DNA of 64,000 bases from Escherichia coli (GTDB lineage Bacteria > Pseudomonadota > Gammaproteobacteria > Enterobacterales > Enterobacteriaceae). How positions within the stretch are numbered: the first letter of the stretch is position 1; each line of letters starts with the position of its first letter. The notes beneath the pieces were generated by a model. That model was not told where the DNA came from and did not search any database. It was given only the letters and a program-made list of their open reading frames with translations. This document shows positions 19,951-30,903 of this stretch, piece by piece. A program made the position numbers and the translations under genes. The DNA lies in the NCBI RefSeq assembly GCF_041886205.1, contig NZ_CP169029.1. One strand, 5' to 3'.

Positions 19951-20900
19951 CCGTGTTCTCCCACGCTTTTTTGCTGGTGTTTGTGAAACCACATTATCGG
20001 CACAATTAGCAGCAGCAACATGATGATCGCTACCGCCGAGGCCACCGGCCAGTCGCGGTTGTTAAAGAACTCCTGCCATAGCACGCGCCCGATCATGATG
20101 CTGTCCGGGCCACCGAGCAGTTCCGGGATCACAAACTCGCCCACAGCCGGGATAAACACCAGCATCGATCCGGCAATAATCCCACCTTTAGTCAGCGGCA
20201 CGATCACAGTAAAGAACGTTTTCAGCGGTCGTGCACCGAGATCCAGCGCTGCTTCCACCAGCGAATAATCAATACGAATCAACGCGGTATAAATCGGCAG
20301 TACCATAAACGGCACGTAAGCGTAAACAATGCCGATATAAACGGCCAGATTGGTATGCAGAATGGTCAGCGGTTGATCGATAACCCCCAGCCACAGCAGA
20401 AAATTATTCAGCACACCGTTGTTTTTTAATATTCCCATCCAGGCATAAACGCGGATCAGAAACGAGGTCCACGACGGCAGGATCACCAGTAGTAATAAAA
20501 TATTACGGGTCGAAGGCTTACTGTGCGCCACCGCCCACGCCAGCGGATAGCCGATCAGTAAACAGCAAAATGTCGAAATCGCCGCCACCTGTAACGACTG
20601 GAGATAAGCATCGAAATAGAGCGGATCGTCGGTCAGTTGCAGGAAATTACCGAAATTAAGGGTGATGGACAGTTGCCCGTCAGCCCACTCCATCAGTTCG
20701 GTATAAGGTGGAATAGCGCGCGCCATCTCCGCCAGGCTTATTTTAAAGACAATCAGAAATGGCAATAGAAACAGCAGGATTAGCCAGATATACGGCAACG
20801 CAATGACCAGTTTGCGCCCATGCTTCATTTGCAACTGCGACAACCACAGCTTAAATCCGCCCGGCGGTCTCGACTGGGCAGCAGGTTCAAGTGTACTCAT
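19947..20900 (-). CDS. potH: Putrescine ABC transporter permease PotH
   Basis: 317-aa membrane ORF; operon position. Confidence 0.92.
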   Translation of the reverse strand: MSTLEPAAQSRPPGGFKLWLSQLQMKHGRKLVIALPYIWLILLFLLPFLIVFKISLAEMARAIPPYTELMEWADGQLSITLNFGNFLQLTDDPLYFDAYLQSLQVAAISTFCCLLIGYPLAWAVAHSKPSTRNILLLLVILPSWTSFLIRVYAWMGILKNNGVLNNFLLWLGVIDQPLTILHTNLAVYIGIVYAYVPFMVLPIYTALIRIDYSLVEAALDLGARPLKTFFTVIVPLTKGGIIAGSMLVFIPAVGEFVIPELLGGPDSIMIGRVLWQEFFNNRDWPVASAVAIIMLLLLIVPIMWFHKHQQKSVGEHG

Positions 20901-20909
20901 CTTTGCTCC

Positions 20910-22043
20910 TTAAACCGTCAGCACCACACAGCTGTCCACTTCCCAGCACAAACGTACTTCGTCGCCCCAGGTCGGTAACCCTTTACGATGACGATGGGCG
21001 TTTTGTAGCTGGGCGCTGATCATCTGCCCACTTTTCAGACGAACGTGATACACCGAAAGATCGCCGAGATAGGCAATGTGTATCACCTCCCCCACCGCGA
21101 AGTTACAACCATTGGCGGGCGGCTCTTCGCAAAGCATGATTTTTTCCGGACGCAGCGCTACGTGTACCGGCACGTTATCGACTACTGAAGCATCCGCATC
21201 GACTTTCAGTGGATGCACCAGCCCCGGCGAATAAAGCACCAGACCATCTTCCTGACGCTCTTTGAGTACACCTTCAAAGACATTAACCGAACCGATAAAT
21301 TCAGCGCTATAGCGGGTGGTCGGATGCTCGTAGATCTCTTCTGGTTCGCCAATCTGGACAAATTTCCCACGATTCATAATGGCGATGCGCCCCGCCATGG
21401 TCATCGCCTCTTCCTGATCGTGGGTGACCATCACACAAGTCACACCGACGCGCTCCAGAATATCCACCACTTCAAGCTGCATCCGGTCACGCAGCTTTTT
21501 ATCCAGCGCGCCCATCGGCTCGTCGAGCAGTAATAGTTTCGGGCGCTTCGCAAGGCTTCGGGCCAGGGCCACACGTTGTCGCTGACCACCGGAAAGCTGA
21601 TGCGGTTTGCGTTTGGCGAACTCCTGCATATGCACCAGACCGAGCATCTCATTGACCCGGCTGGCAATTTCCGCTTTCGGTAGTTTGTCCTGTTTCAGGC
21701 CAAAAGCGATGTTCTGTTCCACGGTCATATGCGGAAACAGCGCGTAAGACTGAAACATCATATTGATGGGGCGCAGGTAAGGCGGAACCTGTGACAAATC
21801 GACGCCATCAAGCATTATCTGTCCGGCAGAAGGTTGTTCAAAACCTGCCAGCATACGCAGCAGCGTGGACTTGCCACAGCCGGATGCGCCCAGCAGCGCG
21901 AATATTTCGCCTTTATAGATGGTCAGGCTGACATCATCCACCGCATGTTGACCATCGTAGGATTTAGTCAGATTACGGATTTCTAAAAGCGGCGTCAGCG
22001 CCTTACGGGTTTTCGCCTGCGGGCGAGGGATAGCGTCATTCAC
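20910..22043 (-). CDS. potG: Putrescine ABC transporter ATP-binding protein PotG
   Basis: ORF trimmed to GTG at 22043 (377 aa) preceded by GGAGAG; Walker A GASGCGKST, signature LSGGQRQR. Confidence 0.9.
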   Translation of the reverse strand: MNDAIPRPQAKTRKALTPLLEIRNLTKSYDGQHAVDDVSLTIYKGEIFALLGASGCGKSTLLRMLAGFEQPSAGQIMLDGVDLSQVPPYLRPINMMFQSYALFPHMTVEQNIAFGLKQDKLPKAEIASRVNEMLGLVHMQEFAKRKPHQLSGGQRQRVALARSLAKRPKLLLLDEPMGALDKKLRDRMQLEVVDILERVGVTCVMVTHDQEEAMTMAGRIAIMNRGKFVQIGEPEEIYEHPTTRYSAEFIGSVNVFEGVLKERQEDGLVLYSPGLVHPLKVDADASVVDNVPVHVALRPEKIMLCEEPPANGCNFAVGEVIHIAYLGDLSVYHVRLKSGQMISAQLQNAHRHRKGLPTWGDEVRLCWEVDSCVVLTV

Positions 22044-22137
22044 GGCTGCTCTCCGGCATTGAATGTGTGCAAGCGCACCATGATGGTGCGAATTGCCGGC
22101 GGGTGTGGTGCACCCGTCCAGCATCTACGACTGCGGA

Positions 22138-23250
22138 TTATTTTCCGCTCTTCACTTTGGTCCACGCGCGGGTGCGCACACGGTCGATTTTCGGGTCCTG
22201 CACTTTCAGAGTGAACATCTTCGCACGGACATCCGCAGGCGGATAAATACCCGGGTTATCACGAACTTCCGCACTCACCAGCGGCGTGGCTGCTTTATTG
22301 GCGTTAGCATAGAACACATGGTCAGAGATATGTGCCACCACATCCGGACGCAGCAGGTAATTCAGGAACTGATAGGCTTCGTCTTTATTTTTGGCATCGG
22401 CAGGCATGGCGAATACATCAAAGAACGCCATCGCCCCTTCTTTTGGAATCGAGAACGAGACATTCACGCCATTCTTCGCTTCCTTCGCGCGGTTTGACGC
22501 CTGCCAGACATCACCTGCCCAACCGATAGCGACGCAAATATCGCCGTTTGCCAGGTCGTTAATGTATTGAGATGAATGGAAATAACGAATGTTCGGGCGC
22601 AGCTTTAACAGCAGATCGGTTGCCGGTCCGGTGTAATCATCTGCTTTAGTGCTGTTGGGATCTTTGCCGAGATAATTCAGCACGGTAGCAAAAACTTCTT
22701 CTGGCGCATCGAGGAAAGATACACCGCAGCTTTTCAGTTTTTCCAGATTTTCAGGCTTGAGGATCAAGTCCCAGCTATCGACGGGCGCGTTTTCGCCCAG
22801 CACCGCTTTGACTTTATCGACGTTATAGCCAATCCCGGTCGTCGCCCACATATAGGGCATAGCAAATTTATTGTCGGGATCGTGTTTGGCGACCAACTTC
22901 AGCAGTTCCGGGTCGAGATTCTTCCACTCCGGCAATTTGCTTTTATCCAGCGGCTGGAAAACTCCCGCTGTCAGCTGGCGTTCAAGAAAGCTTGCTGACG
23001 GCACCACCAGGTCAAAGCCGGTGCTCCCGGCCATTAATTTGCCTTCCAGTACTTCGTTAGAGTCGAAAACATCGTAGACGACTTTAATACCGGTTTCTTT
23101 TTCAAAATTGGCCACCGTGTCCGGGGCGATATAATCAGACCAGTTATAAATGTGGAGTGTTTTTTGTTCAGCCGCGAGCGTGCCGACAGAGACGGCCATC
23201 AGAGCACCCGCAACCAGACCCGATAGCCATTTTTTATTTAAGGCGGTCAT
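22138..23250 (-). CDS. potF: Putrescine-binding periplasmic protein PotF
   Basis: ORF trimmed to ATG at 23250 (370 aa); signal peptide MTALNKKWLSGLVAGALMAVSVGTLA. Confidence 0.93.
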   Translation of the reverse strand: MTALNKKWLSGLVAGALMAVSVGTLAAEQKTLHIYNWSDYIAPDTVANFEKETGIKVVYDVFDSNEVLEGKLMAGSTGFDLVVPSASFLERQLTAGVFQPLDKSKLPEWKNLDPELLKLVAKHDPDNKFAMPYMWATTGIGYNVDKVKAVLGENAPVDSWDLILKPENLEKLKSCGVSFLDAPEEVFATVLNYLGKDPNSTKADDYTGPATDLLLKLRPNIRYFHSSQYINDLANGDICVAIGWAGDVWQASNRAKEAKNGVNVSFSIPKEGAMAFFDVFAMPADAKNKDEAYQFLNYLLRPDVVAHISDHVFYANANKAATPLVSAEVRDNPGIYPPADVRAKMFTLKVQDPKIDRVRTRAWTKVKSGK

Positions 23251-23600
23251 ATCTCTTTCCTTCTGAAAGTTCGTTAACAAACGAACAAAAGTTGTCACAC
23301 TGAAAGATATGCAATAAACGTGCATATTTTTTATCGGCGCGGTGTAAGAAAAGAGAACTCTCTCCCGGCCAGCACTGCTCGCTATATAAAAGCATCGCAA
23401 GAATAACTTTAGCCAGGGTTTGAGACTATAGCTCGGATTAAAAAACGGTATTTAACAAATTTTTATGCGTATTTGCTCTATGTGATAAAGCCAAATCGAC
23501 ACAAGAGAAGTGAAATAATCTTTAAGAAAAGGTTAAAAACAGCAGATAATTTTGCAGCGCGCAGTCACTGCGGCAGCGACTGCGTGCTCGAAAGGAGTTA

Positions 23601-24077
23601 TCAGTGGAGAAAATAGTTTTCGGTAACGTTGTTTTGCCCTTCATCGTCAGTCGGTAACAGCAGTTGATGGGCATTAGCTTCAAGAATAACCATCGAAATC
23701 TGCTCTTCGCTCTGACGCACGAACCATGCAAACTGCTCATAGGTTACGCCTTGCATAACGGATAAAGACTGGCAAACCACCAGCTTTGGCAGATTATCAT
23801 CCTGCATATCAAGAAATGCTTTCACGGTCAGCGAACTGGCATTGATGGCAGATAAATCTGCCGCCAGCGGCAATACGGCTGAAGGTCGGACTTCCGCCAT
23901 GGCAGAAAGCAGGATCGTGTTATCGATCAGATCGATTTTGGCATCAAAGACACCGTCGAAATTCTGCATATGGGGCAGATGCAGAGCCTGACAGTTATCA
24001 CATTCAAAAAAACTCATCCCCAGGTCATCGAGCCATTGACGCAACGTATCCAGACCAGGAACGACCAGCGATGTCAT
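23601..24077 (-). CDS. ybjN: Putative sensory transduction regulator YbjN
   Basis: ORF trimmed to ATG at 24077 (158 aa); conserved position upstream of potF. Confidence 0.88.
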   Translation of the reverse strand: MTSLVVPGLDTLRQWLDDLGMSFFECDNCQALHLPHMQNFDGVFDAKIDLIDNTILLSAMAEVRPSAVLPLAADLSAINASSLTVKAFLDMQDDNLPKLVVCQSLSVMQGVTYEQFAWFVRQSEEQISMVILEANAHQLLLPTDDEGQNNVTENYFLH

Positions 24078-24164
24078 AATTTTGTACAACCTCTTCCGAT
24101 AAAAAGACCGGCACAGCTTACGCAAAAAGCGCAGGCAAAACCATGATCAGTAATGTGATTGCGA

Positions 24165-25067
24165 CTAACCACCCGTTTTCAGGCAATATTCTGTCGTAGC
24201 GTGGCGTTCGATCCAGCGGATCATTTTACCCGCGATGTCGATACCGGTGGTTTTTTCTATTCCTTCCAGCCCTGGCGACGCATTCACTTCCATCACCAAC
24301 GGCCCGCGATTAGCACGCAGAATATCCACACCAGCAACGTCCAGCGCCATCGTTCGCGCGGCTTTTATCGCGATTTCACGCTCCTGTGGTGTGATACTGG
24401 CGACGCTTGCCGCGCCGCCACGATGCAAATTGGAACGAAAATCGCCCTCTTTCGCCCGCCGTTCAATCGCAGCGACCACTTCATCGCCAACAACCAGACA
24501 GCGGATATCGCACCCTTGCGCCTCTTTGATATATTCCTGCACCAGAATATGCGCGTTCAGACCGCGAAAAGCGTCAATCACGCTTTCGGCCGCCTGACGC
24601 GTCTCCGCCAGCACGACGCCAATTCCCTGCGTGCCTTCAACCAACTTGACCACCAGCGGCGCACCACCGACCATGTCGATTAAATCGCTGGTATCATCCG
24701 GCGAATGCGCAATGCCCGTGACAGGCAGGTCGATGCCCTGACGCGCCAGCAGTTGCATGGAACGCAATTTGTCACGCGCCCGGGCAATGGCGACCGACTC
24801 ATTGAGCGGATAGCTCCCCAGCATCTCGAACTGGCGCAGTGCCGCCGTCCCATAAAAGGTAATGGCGGTGCCAATACGCGGGATCACTGCGTCAAAATGG
24901 GGTAACTTGCGGCCTTTGTAGTGAATAGAAGACGCCGCAGGATTTATGTTCATGTAGCAAGAAAGCGGATCAAGAATTTCAACCAGGTGACCGCGCTGTA
25001 TAGCGGCTTCACGCAGCCGCTTACACGAATAGAGCGTTCCATCCCGGGACAATATGGCAATTTTCAC
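24165..25067 (-). CDS. rimK: Ribosomal protein S6 L-glutamate ligase RimK (ATP-grasp)
   Basis: 300-aa ORF; ATP-grasp fold sequence; K-12 length. Confidence 0.93.
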   Translation of the reverse strand: MKIAILSRDGTLYSCKRLREAAIQRGHLVEILDPLSCYMNINPAASSIHYKGRKLPHFDAVIPRIGTAITFYGTAALRQFEMLGSYPLNESVAIARARDKLRSMQLLARQGIDLPVTGIAHSPDDTSDLIDMVGGAPLVVKLVEGTQGIGVVLAETRQAAESVIDAFRGLNAHILVQEYIKEAQGCDIRCLVVGDEVVAAIERRAKEGDFRSNLHRGGAASVASITPQEREIAIKAARTMALDVAGVDILRANRGPLVMEVNASPGLEGIEKTTGIDIAGKMIRWIERHATTEYCLKTGG

Positions 25068-25127
25068 CCTGCACCTCTCTGTCAGACCTGGTCAAAAGCC
25101 CGCGTATCATACATCGACGTGGCGGTT

Positions 25128-25850
25128 TTAGCGCGTCGCCCAACCCTGTTTGTGCAAATAATCCAGAATAAATGGGCGGCTTTCTTTAATGATTGTTCGG
25201 CGGATATGATCGCTCCAGGTATCCCGGCGATTATTGCTGCCACGGGTGAGGTAATATTCCGCCAGTTGCTCGTCATACTGCGCCAGTGCGCCTTTATCCA
25301 GCGGTTGATAGCTGTTTTCATGCACCAAAATGGAGGCCGGTAAACGCGGCTTAAGATCCGGATTATCCGCAGGCCAGCCAAGGCACAGCCCAAACAGCGG
25401 CAGAACATGCTGCGGTAATTTAAGCAGTTTCGTCACCGCTTCAATATTATTGCGCAGGCCGCCGATATATACCCCGCCCAATCCCAGCGATTCCGCTGCG
25501 GTTAATGCATTCTGCGCCATCATTGCCGTATCAACGACACCGAGCAACAGCTGTTCCGCCAGGCCGAGCTGAGCATCCGGACAGATCTGTAAATGGCGGT
25601 TAAAGTCGGCACAGAACACCCAGAACTCCGCCGCTTGCGCTACGTGTTTTTGCCCGCCGGTCAGCGTCACCAGTTCTTCACGTAACGCTTTGTCAGTAAT
25701 GCGAATAATGCTACTGCACTGCAAAAAACTGGAACTGGACGTCGCACGGGCGCTGTTAATAATCGCCTCACGCTGCGCTTCGGAAATGGGTTCATCAGTG
25801 AAATGGCGAATGGAGCGATGGCCACAAATAAGTTCAATGGTTGGCGTCAT
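25128..25850 (-). CDS. nfsA: Oxygen-insensitive NADPH nitroreductase NfsA
   Basis: 240-aa ORF; nitroreductase family N-terminus (RHSIRHFTDEPI). Confidence 0.93.
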   Translation of the reverse strand: MTPTIELICGHRSIRHFTDEPISEAQREAIINSARATSSSSFLQCSSIIRITDKALREELVTLTGGQKHVAQAAEFWVFCADFNRHLQICPDAQLGLAEQLLLGVVDTAMMAQNALTAAESLGLGGVYIGGLRNNIEAVTKLLKLPQHVLPLFGLCLGWPADNPDLKPRLPASILVHENSYQPLDKGALAQYDEQLAEYYLTRGSNNRRDTWSDHIRRTIIKESRPFILDYLHKQGWATR

Positions 25851-26121
25851 TATCTTTTTCTCTTTCTGAACGTGAATATTGCGTTGGGCGGTTCATCAGC
25901 TGTGGGGCAAGACGTTTTGCCACCTGAAGAATAACCACCACCGCAGCGGGAAGCATGAGCAAAACACCGAGAAAAATCATCAGAATCTGCACTTCTGGCC
26001 GAGAAAATGGCTCAGGCAGCGACAGGGTGTCGCTTACCGACAGCAGCGCCACCGCCAGCGACGTCATTCCGATAAATTCCAGTATCAACACGCTTTTAGG
26101 CAATTTACCGATCGCGCGCAT
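25834..26121 (-). CDS. ybjC: Small membrane protein YbjC
   Basis: 95-aa ORF overlapping nfsA start by 17 nt; ybjC-nfsA arrangement as in K-12. Confidence 0.85.
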   Translation of the reverse strand: MRAIGKLPKSVLILEFIGMTSLAVALLSVSDTLSLPEPFSRPEVQILMIFLGVLLMLPAAVVVILQVAKRLAPQLMNRPTQYSRSEREKDNDANH

Positions 26122-26280
26122 ACGCTTCCCTCTGCAAAGTGAGCCTTCAGTCTAAAACTTTTCACTGTATTGTGTTTAACAGTTATAGCTTTTAGCAATT
26201 AATGCAACAGGTTAAACCTACTTTCAGCGAATACATTTTAGCGTGATCATTACAGGCATAAATCTATGAGGAGAGAAATA

Positions 26281-26538
26281 ATGCAAACCGTTATTTTTGG
26301 TCGTCCGGGTTGCCCTTACTGTGTGCGTGCGAAAGATCTGGCTGAGAAATTGAGCAATGAACGCGATGATTTTCAGTATCAGTATGTTGATATTCGTGCG
26401 GAAGGGATCACTAAAGAAGATCTACAACAAAAGGCAGGTAAACCCGTAGAAACCGTGCCGCAGATTTTTGTCGATCAGCAACATATCGGCGGCTATACCG
26501 ATTTTGCTGCATGGGTGAAAGAAAATCTGGACGCCTGA
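26281..26538 (+). CDS. grxA: Glutaredoxin 1
   Basis: ORF trimmed to ATG at 26281 (85 aa); active-site CPYC motif. Confidence 0.93.
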   Translation: MQTVIFGRPGCPYCVRAKDLAEKLSNERDDFQYQYVDIRAEGITKEDLQQKAGKPVETVPQIFVDQQHIGGYTDFAAWVKENLDA

Positions 26539-26547
26539 TCGTCTGAC

Positions 26548-26582
26548 AAGCCCTCGCGTTGAGGGCTTTACTGATTTTTTTT
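26548..26582 (+). terminator. Putative terminator downstream of grxA
   Basis: aagccctc / gagggctt stem with 4-nt loop followed (after 6 nt) by an 8-T run; also overlaps ybjM stop. Confidence 0.5.
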
Positions 26583-26945
26583 GTGCTGTGGTTTAAACAA
26601 ACTACTGATAAATAAGAAACACAATGCGCCCAGCGCACACCAGAACACCGCGCTTAGTAACCATGCCAGCTCTTGCCAGAATGAGCGGGTCGGTGAAAAA
26701 AACAGCCGCATAATAAGCATTGAACAGGGTGCCGCCAGCATTGCGCCAAATAGAGGTTTCAGGACTTCTCTACGCTGTGAAAAGAAGCTGGCAACTGCTC
26801 CAGGAAGAATGAAAAATAGCAAGCCGATTTCAGGATGCCCGGCAGCCCGAAAAGCGCCTTTCATGTGCGTCGCCAGAAAAAGGCACACCACAATGAAGAG
26901 GACAAAACAGCAGATTGCCCCCGCCCAACGTTGTTTATGTTTCAC
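26568..26945 (-). CDS. ybjM: Inner membrane protein YbjM
   Basis: 125-aa hydrophobic ORF; synteny. Confidence 0.85.
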   Translation of the reverse strand: MKHKQRWAGAICCFVLFIVVCLFLATHMKGAFRAAGHPEIGLLFFILPGAVASFFSQRREVLKPLFGAMLAAPCSMLIMRLFFSPTRSFWQELAWLLSAVFWCALGALCFLFISSLFKPQHKKNQ

Positions 26946-27214
26946 TCGTTCCTCCTGACACTGCGTCTATCGAACACATTTTTCGCCAGTGTGGCGTTCA
27001 GTAAGATAAAGCCGCTTCGCATTCCATGCTAATATAGGCCAACGCAATTCATATAGCCGTTGATACCTAATGTGATTACACTAGTAAAATATATTGTTAC
27101 TTTACTATCGTTTAGGTGCGCTGAATGAATCTGCGCCCTGAATTCTGGTAAAAAACATTATCGTAAATTACCATTTCTTTCAACAGCTTACTAGTAAACA
27201 AGAAGTTAGCCTCC

Positions 27215-28900
27215 GTGAATATAAACGTCGCCGAATTGTTAAATGGGAATTACATTTTGTTATTATTTGTGGTCCTCGCGCTTGGGCTATGTCTCGGAAA
27301 GTTACGACTTGGTTCGATCCAACTGGGTAATTCCATTGGCGTTTTAGTCGTATCGCTGTTATTAGGCCAACAACATTTCAGCATTAACACCGACGCGCTT
27401 AATCTTGGCTTTATGCTGTTTATTTTCTGCGTCGGGGTCGAAGCCGGACCGAACTTTTTTTCCATTTTTTTTCGCGATGGGAAAAATTACCTAATGTTAG
27501 CACTGGTGATGGTTGGCAGTGCGCTGGTGATCGCCTTAGGGTTAGGTAAGCTGTTTGGCTGGGATATTGGCCTGACGGCCGGTATGTTAGCCGGCTCTAT
27601 GACGTCGACACCGGTTCTGGTCGGTGCTGGCGATACACTGCGTCATTCCGGCATGGAAAGCAGGCAGCTCTCACTAGCGCTGGATAATCTGAGCCTCGGC
27701 TATGCCTTAACCTATTTAATCGGTCTGGTGAGTTTGATTGTTGGTGCGCGTTACTTGCCGAAATTGCAGCATCAGGACTTACAGACCAGCGCCCAGCAAA
27801 TCGCCCGCGAACGTGGCCTGGACACTGATGCCAACCGTAAGGTTTATTTACCGGTGATCCGCGCCTATCGCGTCGGCCCGGAGCTGGTGGCCTGGACCGA
27901 CGGCAAAAATCTGCGTGAACTGGGTATTTATCGACAAACCGGCTGCTACATTGAACGTATTCGACGTAACGGGATTCTGGCAAATCCAGACGGTGATGCC
28001 GTGCTACAAATGGGCGATGAAATAGCGTTGGTAGGCTATCCCGACGCCCACGCCCGACTCGATCCCAGCTTCCGTAACGGCAAAGAAGTTTTCGATCGTG
28101 ACCTTCTCGATATGCGTATCGTCACTGAAGAAGTGGTCGTTAAAAACCATAACGCCGTTGGCAAACGTCTCGCACAACTGAAGTTGACCGACCACGGTTG
28201 CTTCCTTAATCGCGTTATTCGTAGCCAGATTGAGATGCCGATAGATGACAACGTCGTGCTTAACAAAGGTGACGTTTTACAAGTCAGCGGCGATGCCCGC
28301 CGGGTAAAAACCATCGCCGATCGCATCGGCTTTATCTCGATTCACAGCCAGGTCACTGACTTGCTGGCATTCTGCGCATTCTTTGTAATTGGGCTGATGA
28401 TCGGGATGATCACCTTCCAGTTCAGCACATTCAGTTTCGGCATGGGGAACGCTGCCGGGTTGTTATTCGCCGGAATTATGCTGGGCTTTATGCGTGCTAA
28501 CCACCCGACCTTCGGTTACATTCCGCAGGGTGCATTAAGCATGGTGAAAGAGTTCGGCTTAATGGTGTTTATGGCAGGCGTTGGTCTGAGCGCCGGTAGC
28601 GGTATTAATAACGGCCTGGGCGCGATTGGCGGTCAAATGTTGATTGCCGGATTGATTGTCAGTCTGGTGCCCGTGGTTATCTGTTTCTTGTTCGGTGCTT
28701 ATGTATTGCGAATGAACCGCGCACTGTTGTTCGGCGCAATGATGGGCGCACGCACCTGCGCGCCGGCAATGGAGATCATCAGTGATACAGCTCGCAGTAA
28801 CATCCCGGCGCTGGGCTATGCGGGCACCTACGCAATCGCCAACGTCCTGCTGACGCTGGCAGGGACAATCATCGTCATGGTATGGCCAGGATTAGGATAA
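27215..28900 (+). CDS. ybjL: Putative transport protein YbjL (AAE-family permease with TrkA-C domains)
   Basis: 561-aa ORF with membrane halves separated by a soluble central region; K-12 length. Confidence 0.9.
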
Positions 28901-28939
28901 AACTGAAGTTGCCCTGAAAATGAAATATTTTTGCACAAC

Positions 28940-28976
28940 CGCAGAACTTTTCCGCAGGGCATCAGTCTTAATTAGT
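28940..28976 (+). promoter_or_regulatory. SigmaE-type promoter of rybB
   Basis: GAACTT (-35-like) and TCTTA (-10-like) with spacing appropriate for sigmaE, immediately upstream of the RybB 5' end. Confidence 0.6.
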
Positions 28977-29055
28977 GCCACTGCTTTTCTTTGATGTCCC
29001 CATTTTGTGGAGCCCATCAACCCCGCCATTTCGGTTCAAGGTTGGTGGGTTTTTT
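28977..29055 (+). ncRNA. rybB: RybB small regulatory RNA (sigmaE-dependent, Hfq-binding)
   Basis: Sequence gccactgcttttctttgatgtccccattttgtggagcccatcaacc...ggttggtgggtttttt matches my recollection of RybB; terminal hairpin plus T-run; located between ybjL and rcdA as in K-12. Confidence 0.85.
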
Positions 29056-29074
29056 GTTGCCTGAAATTTATCTA

Positions 29075-29611
29075 CTACCCTGCAACCCTCTCAACCATCC
29101 TCAAAATCTCCTCGCGCGATAGCGGCTTACGGTCGGTGACAAAATGCAGCGTCATCCCCTCAATAAACGCATCAAGCGCGCGGGCGGTTCCGGGTTCAAA
29201 CCATTGTTCGAGCGTTTGCTGACTGCGCTGCATCCAGTTTTGCATTACCGTTTTTAATAGCGGTTTTCGGCTAGCCAGCGCGTAGAGCTGGTACATCAGC
29301 TCCATGTTATCCGGCGTTGCCACCTGTGAGCTGTAGATCATATCGGTGATAGCCTGGCATGCGCCTTGAGCATCACTAACATCGCTAAAAAATGCCTGAT
29401 ATTGCCAGGACATGATCTCAGTAAAACTGCTGAACGCCTCCAGCAACAACTCATCAATTCCTGAAAAATAGTAGGTCATCGATCCCAACGGTACCCCGGC
29501 AAGGGTAGCAATTTTGCGGTGCGTAACAGCATGTATTCCGTAAAGTTTCACCGCCTCCAGCGTGGCCTGGATAATTTTTTCTCGCCGTTGCGGATCGTTA
29601 GCGCGACGCAT
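29075..29611 (-). CDS. rcdA: TetR-family transcriptional regulator RcdA
   Basis: ORF trimmed to ATG at 29611 (178 aa); N-terminal HTH (TetR-like). Confidence 0.9.
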   Translation of the reverse strand: MRRANDPQRREKIIQATLEAVKLYGIHAVTHRKIATLAGVPLGSMTYYFSGIDELLLEAFSSFTEIMSWQYQAFFSDVSDAQGACQAITDMIYSSQVATPDNMELMYQLYALASRKPLLKTVMQNWMQRSQQTLEQWFEPGTARALDAFIEGMTLHFVTDRKPLSREEILRMVERVAG

Positions 29612-29694
29612 GTCATTTCCTCTGTCTGCAATTGTGTACAAATGTACACAACCTTGCTAATGTTGTCTTCCCTCTTCTTATTTTGACGTGATCT

Positions 29695-30903
29695 ATGACC
29701 GTAAATTCTTCACGTAATGCATTGAAACGCCGAACCTGGGCGCTGTTTATGTTCTTCTTTTTGCCGGGCCTGTTAATGGCGTCCTGGGCAACCCGTACGC
29801 CTGCTATCCGCGATATTCTCTCTGTCTCGATCGCTGAAATGGGCGGTGTTCTCTTTGGTCTGTCGATCGGTTCGATGAGCGGTATTCTCTGCTCGGCGTG
29901 GTTAGTGAAACGCTTTGGGACACGTAATGTCATCCTGTTCACGATGTCCTGCGCATTGGTCGGGATGATGATATTAAGTCTGGCACTCTGGCTGACATCG
30001 CCCCTGCTCTTTGCCGTTGGTCTCGGCGTCTTTGGGGCAAGTTTTGGTTCTGCGGAAGTGGCGATAAACGTTGAAGGTGCCGCCGTTGAGCGAGAAATGA
30101 ATAAAACGGTTTTGCCGATGATGCACGGTTTTTACAGCCTGGGCACGCTGGCAGGCGCTGGTGTCGGGATGGCACTGACGGCCTTTGGCGTTCCGGCAAC
30201 GGTGCACATTTTATTGGCGGCGCTGGTGGGCATCGCGCCTATTTATATCGCCATTCAGGCAATCCCTGACGGTACGGGCAAAAATGCTGCCGATGGCACC
30301 CAGCATGGCGAAAAAGGCGTACCTTTTTATCGCGATATCCAGTTGCTGCTGATTGGTGTTGTGGTGCTGGCGATGGCCTTTGCCGAAGGTTCTGCCAACG
30401 ACTGGTTACCCTTATTAATGGTTGATGGTCACGGTTTTAGCCCCACTTCCGGCTCACTGATTTATGCCGGTTTTACCCTGGGGATGACCGTTGGACGCTT
30501 CACCGGCGGTTGGTTCATCGACCGTTACAGTCGCGTTGCCGTGGTTCGGGCCAGTGCACTAATGGGGGCGTTGGGTATTGGGCTGATTATTTTTGTCGAT
30601 AGCGCCTGGGTCGCAGGAGTGTCTGTTGTACTTTGGGGACTGGGTGCCTCGCTGGGCTTCCCGCTGACTATTTCTGCCGCCAGCGATACCGGCCCCGATG
30701 CACCAACCCGCGTCAGTGTGGTAGCAACGACCGGTTATCTGGCTTTCCTCGTCGGGCCGCCGCTGCTGGGCTATCTCGGCGAACATTATGGATTACGTAG
30801 TGCAATGCTGGTTGTACTGGCGCTGGTTATTCTCGCGGCTATTGTCGCGAAAGCCGTCGCCAAACCCGATACCAAAACGCAGACGGCGATGGAGAATAGT
30901 TGA
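29695..30903 (+). CDS. ybjJ: MFS transporter YbjJ
   Basis: 402-aa 12-TM-like ORF; synteny. Confidence 0.88.
   Translation: MTVNSSRNALKRRTWALFMFFFLPGLLMASWATRTPAIRDILSVSIAEMGGVLFGLSIGSMSGILCSAWLVKRFGTRNVILFTMSCALVGMMILSLALWLTSPLLFAVGLGVFGASFGSAEVAINVEGAAVEREMNKTVLPMMHGFYSLGTLAGAGVGMALTAFGVPATVHILLAALVGIAPIYIAIQAIPDGTGKNAADGTQHGEKGVPFYRDIQLLLIGVVVLAMAFAEGSANDWLPLLMVDGHGFSPTSGSLIYAGFTLGMTVGRFTGGWFIDRYSRVAVVRASALMGALGIGLIIFVDSAWVAGVSVVLWGLGASLGFPLTISAASDTGPDAPTRVSVVATTGYLAFLVGPPLLGYLGEHYGLRSAMLVVLALVILAAIVAKAVAKPDTKTQTAMENS

Noticed and set aside
22138-23400. Extended N-terminal versions of several ORFs in the track (e.g. potF 420 aa, gsiB 601 aa, potG 404 aa, artP 275 aa)
   Set aside because: The upstream extensions run through intergenic or promoter sequence and lack RBS; internal starts give lengths matching the known proteins and place signal peptides at the N-terminus.
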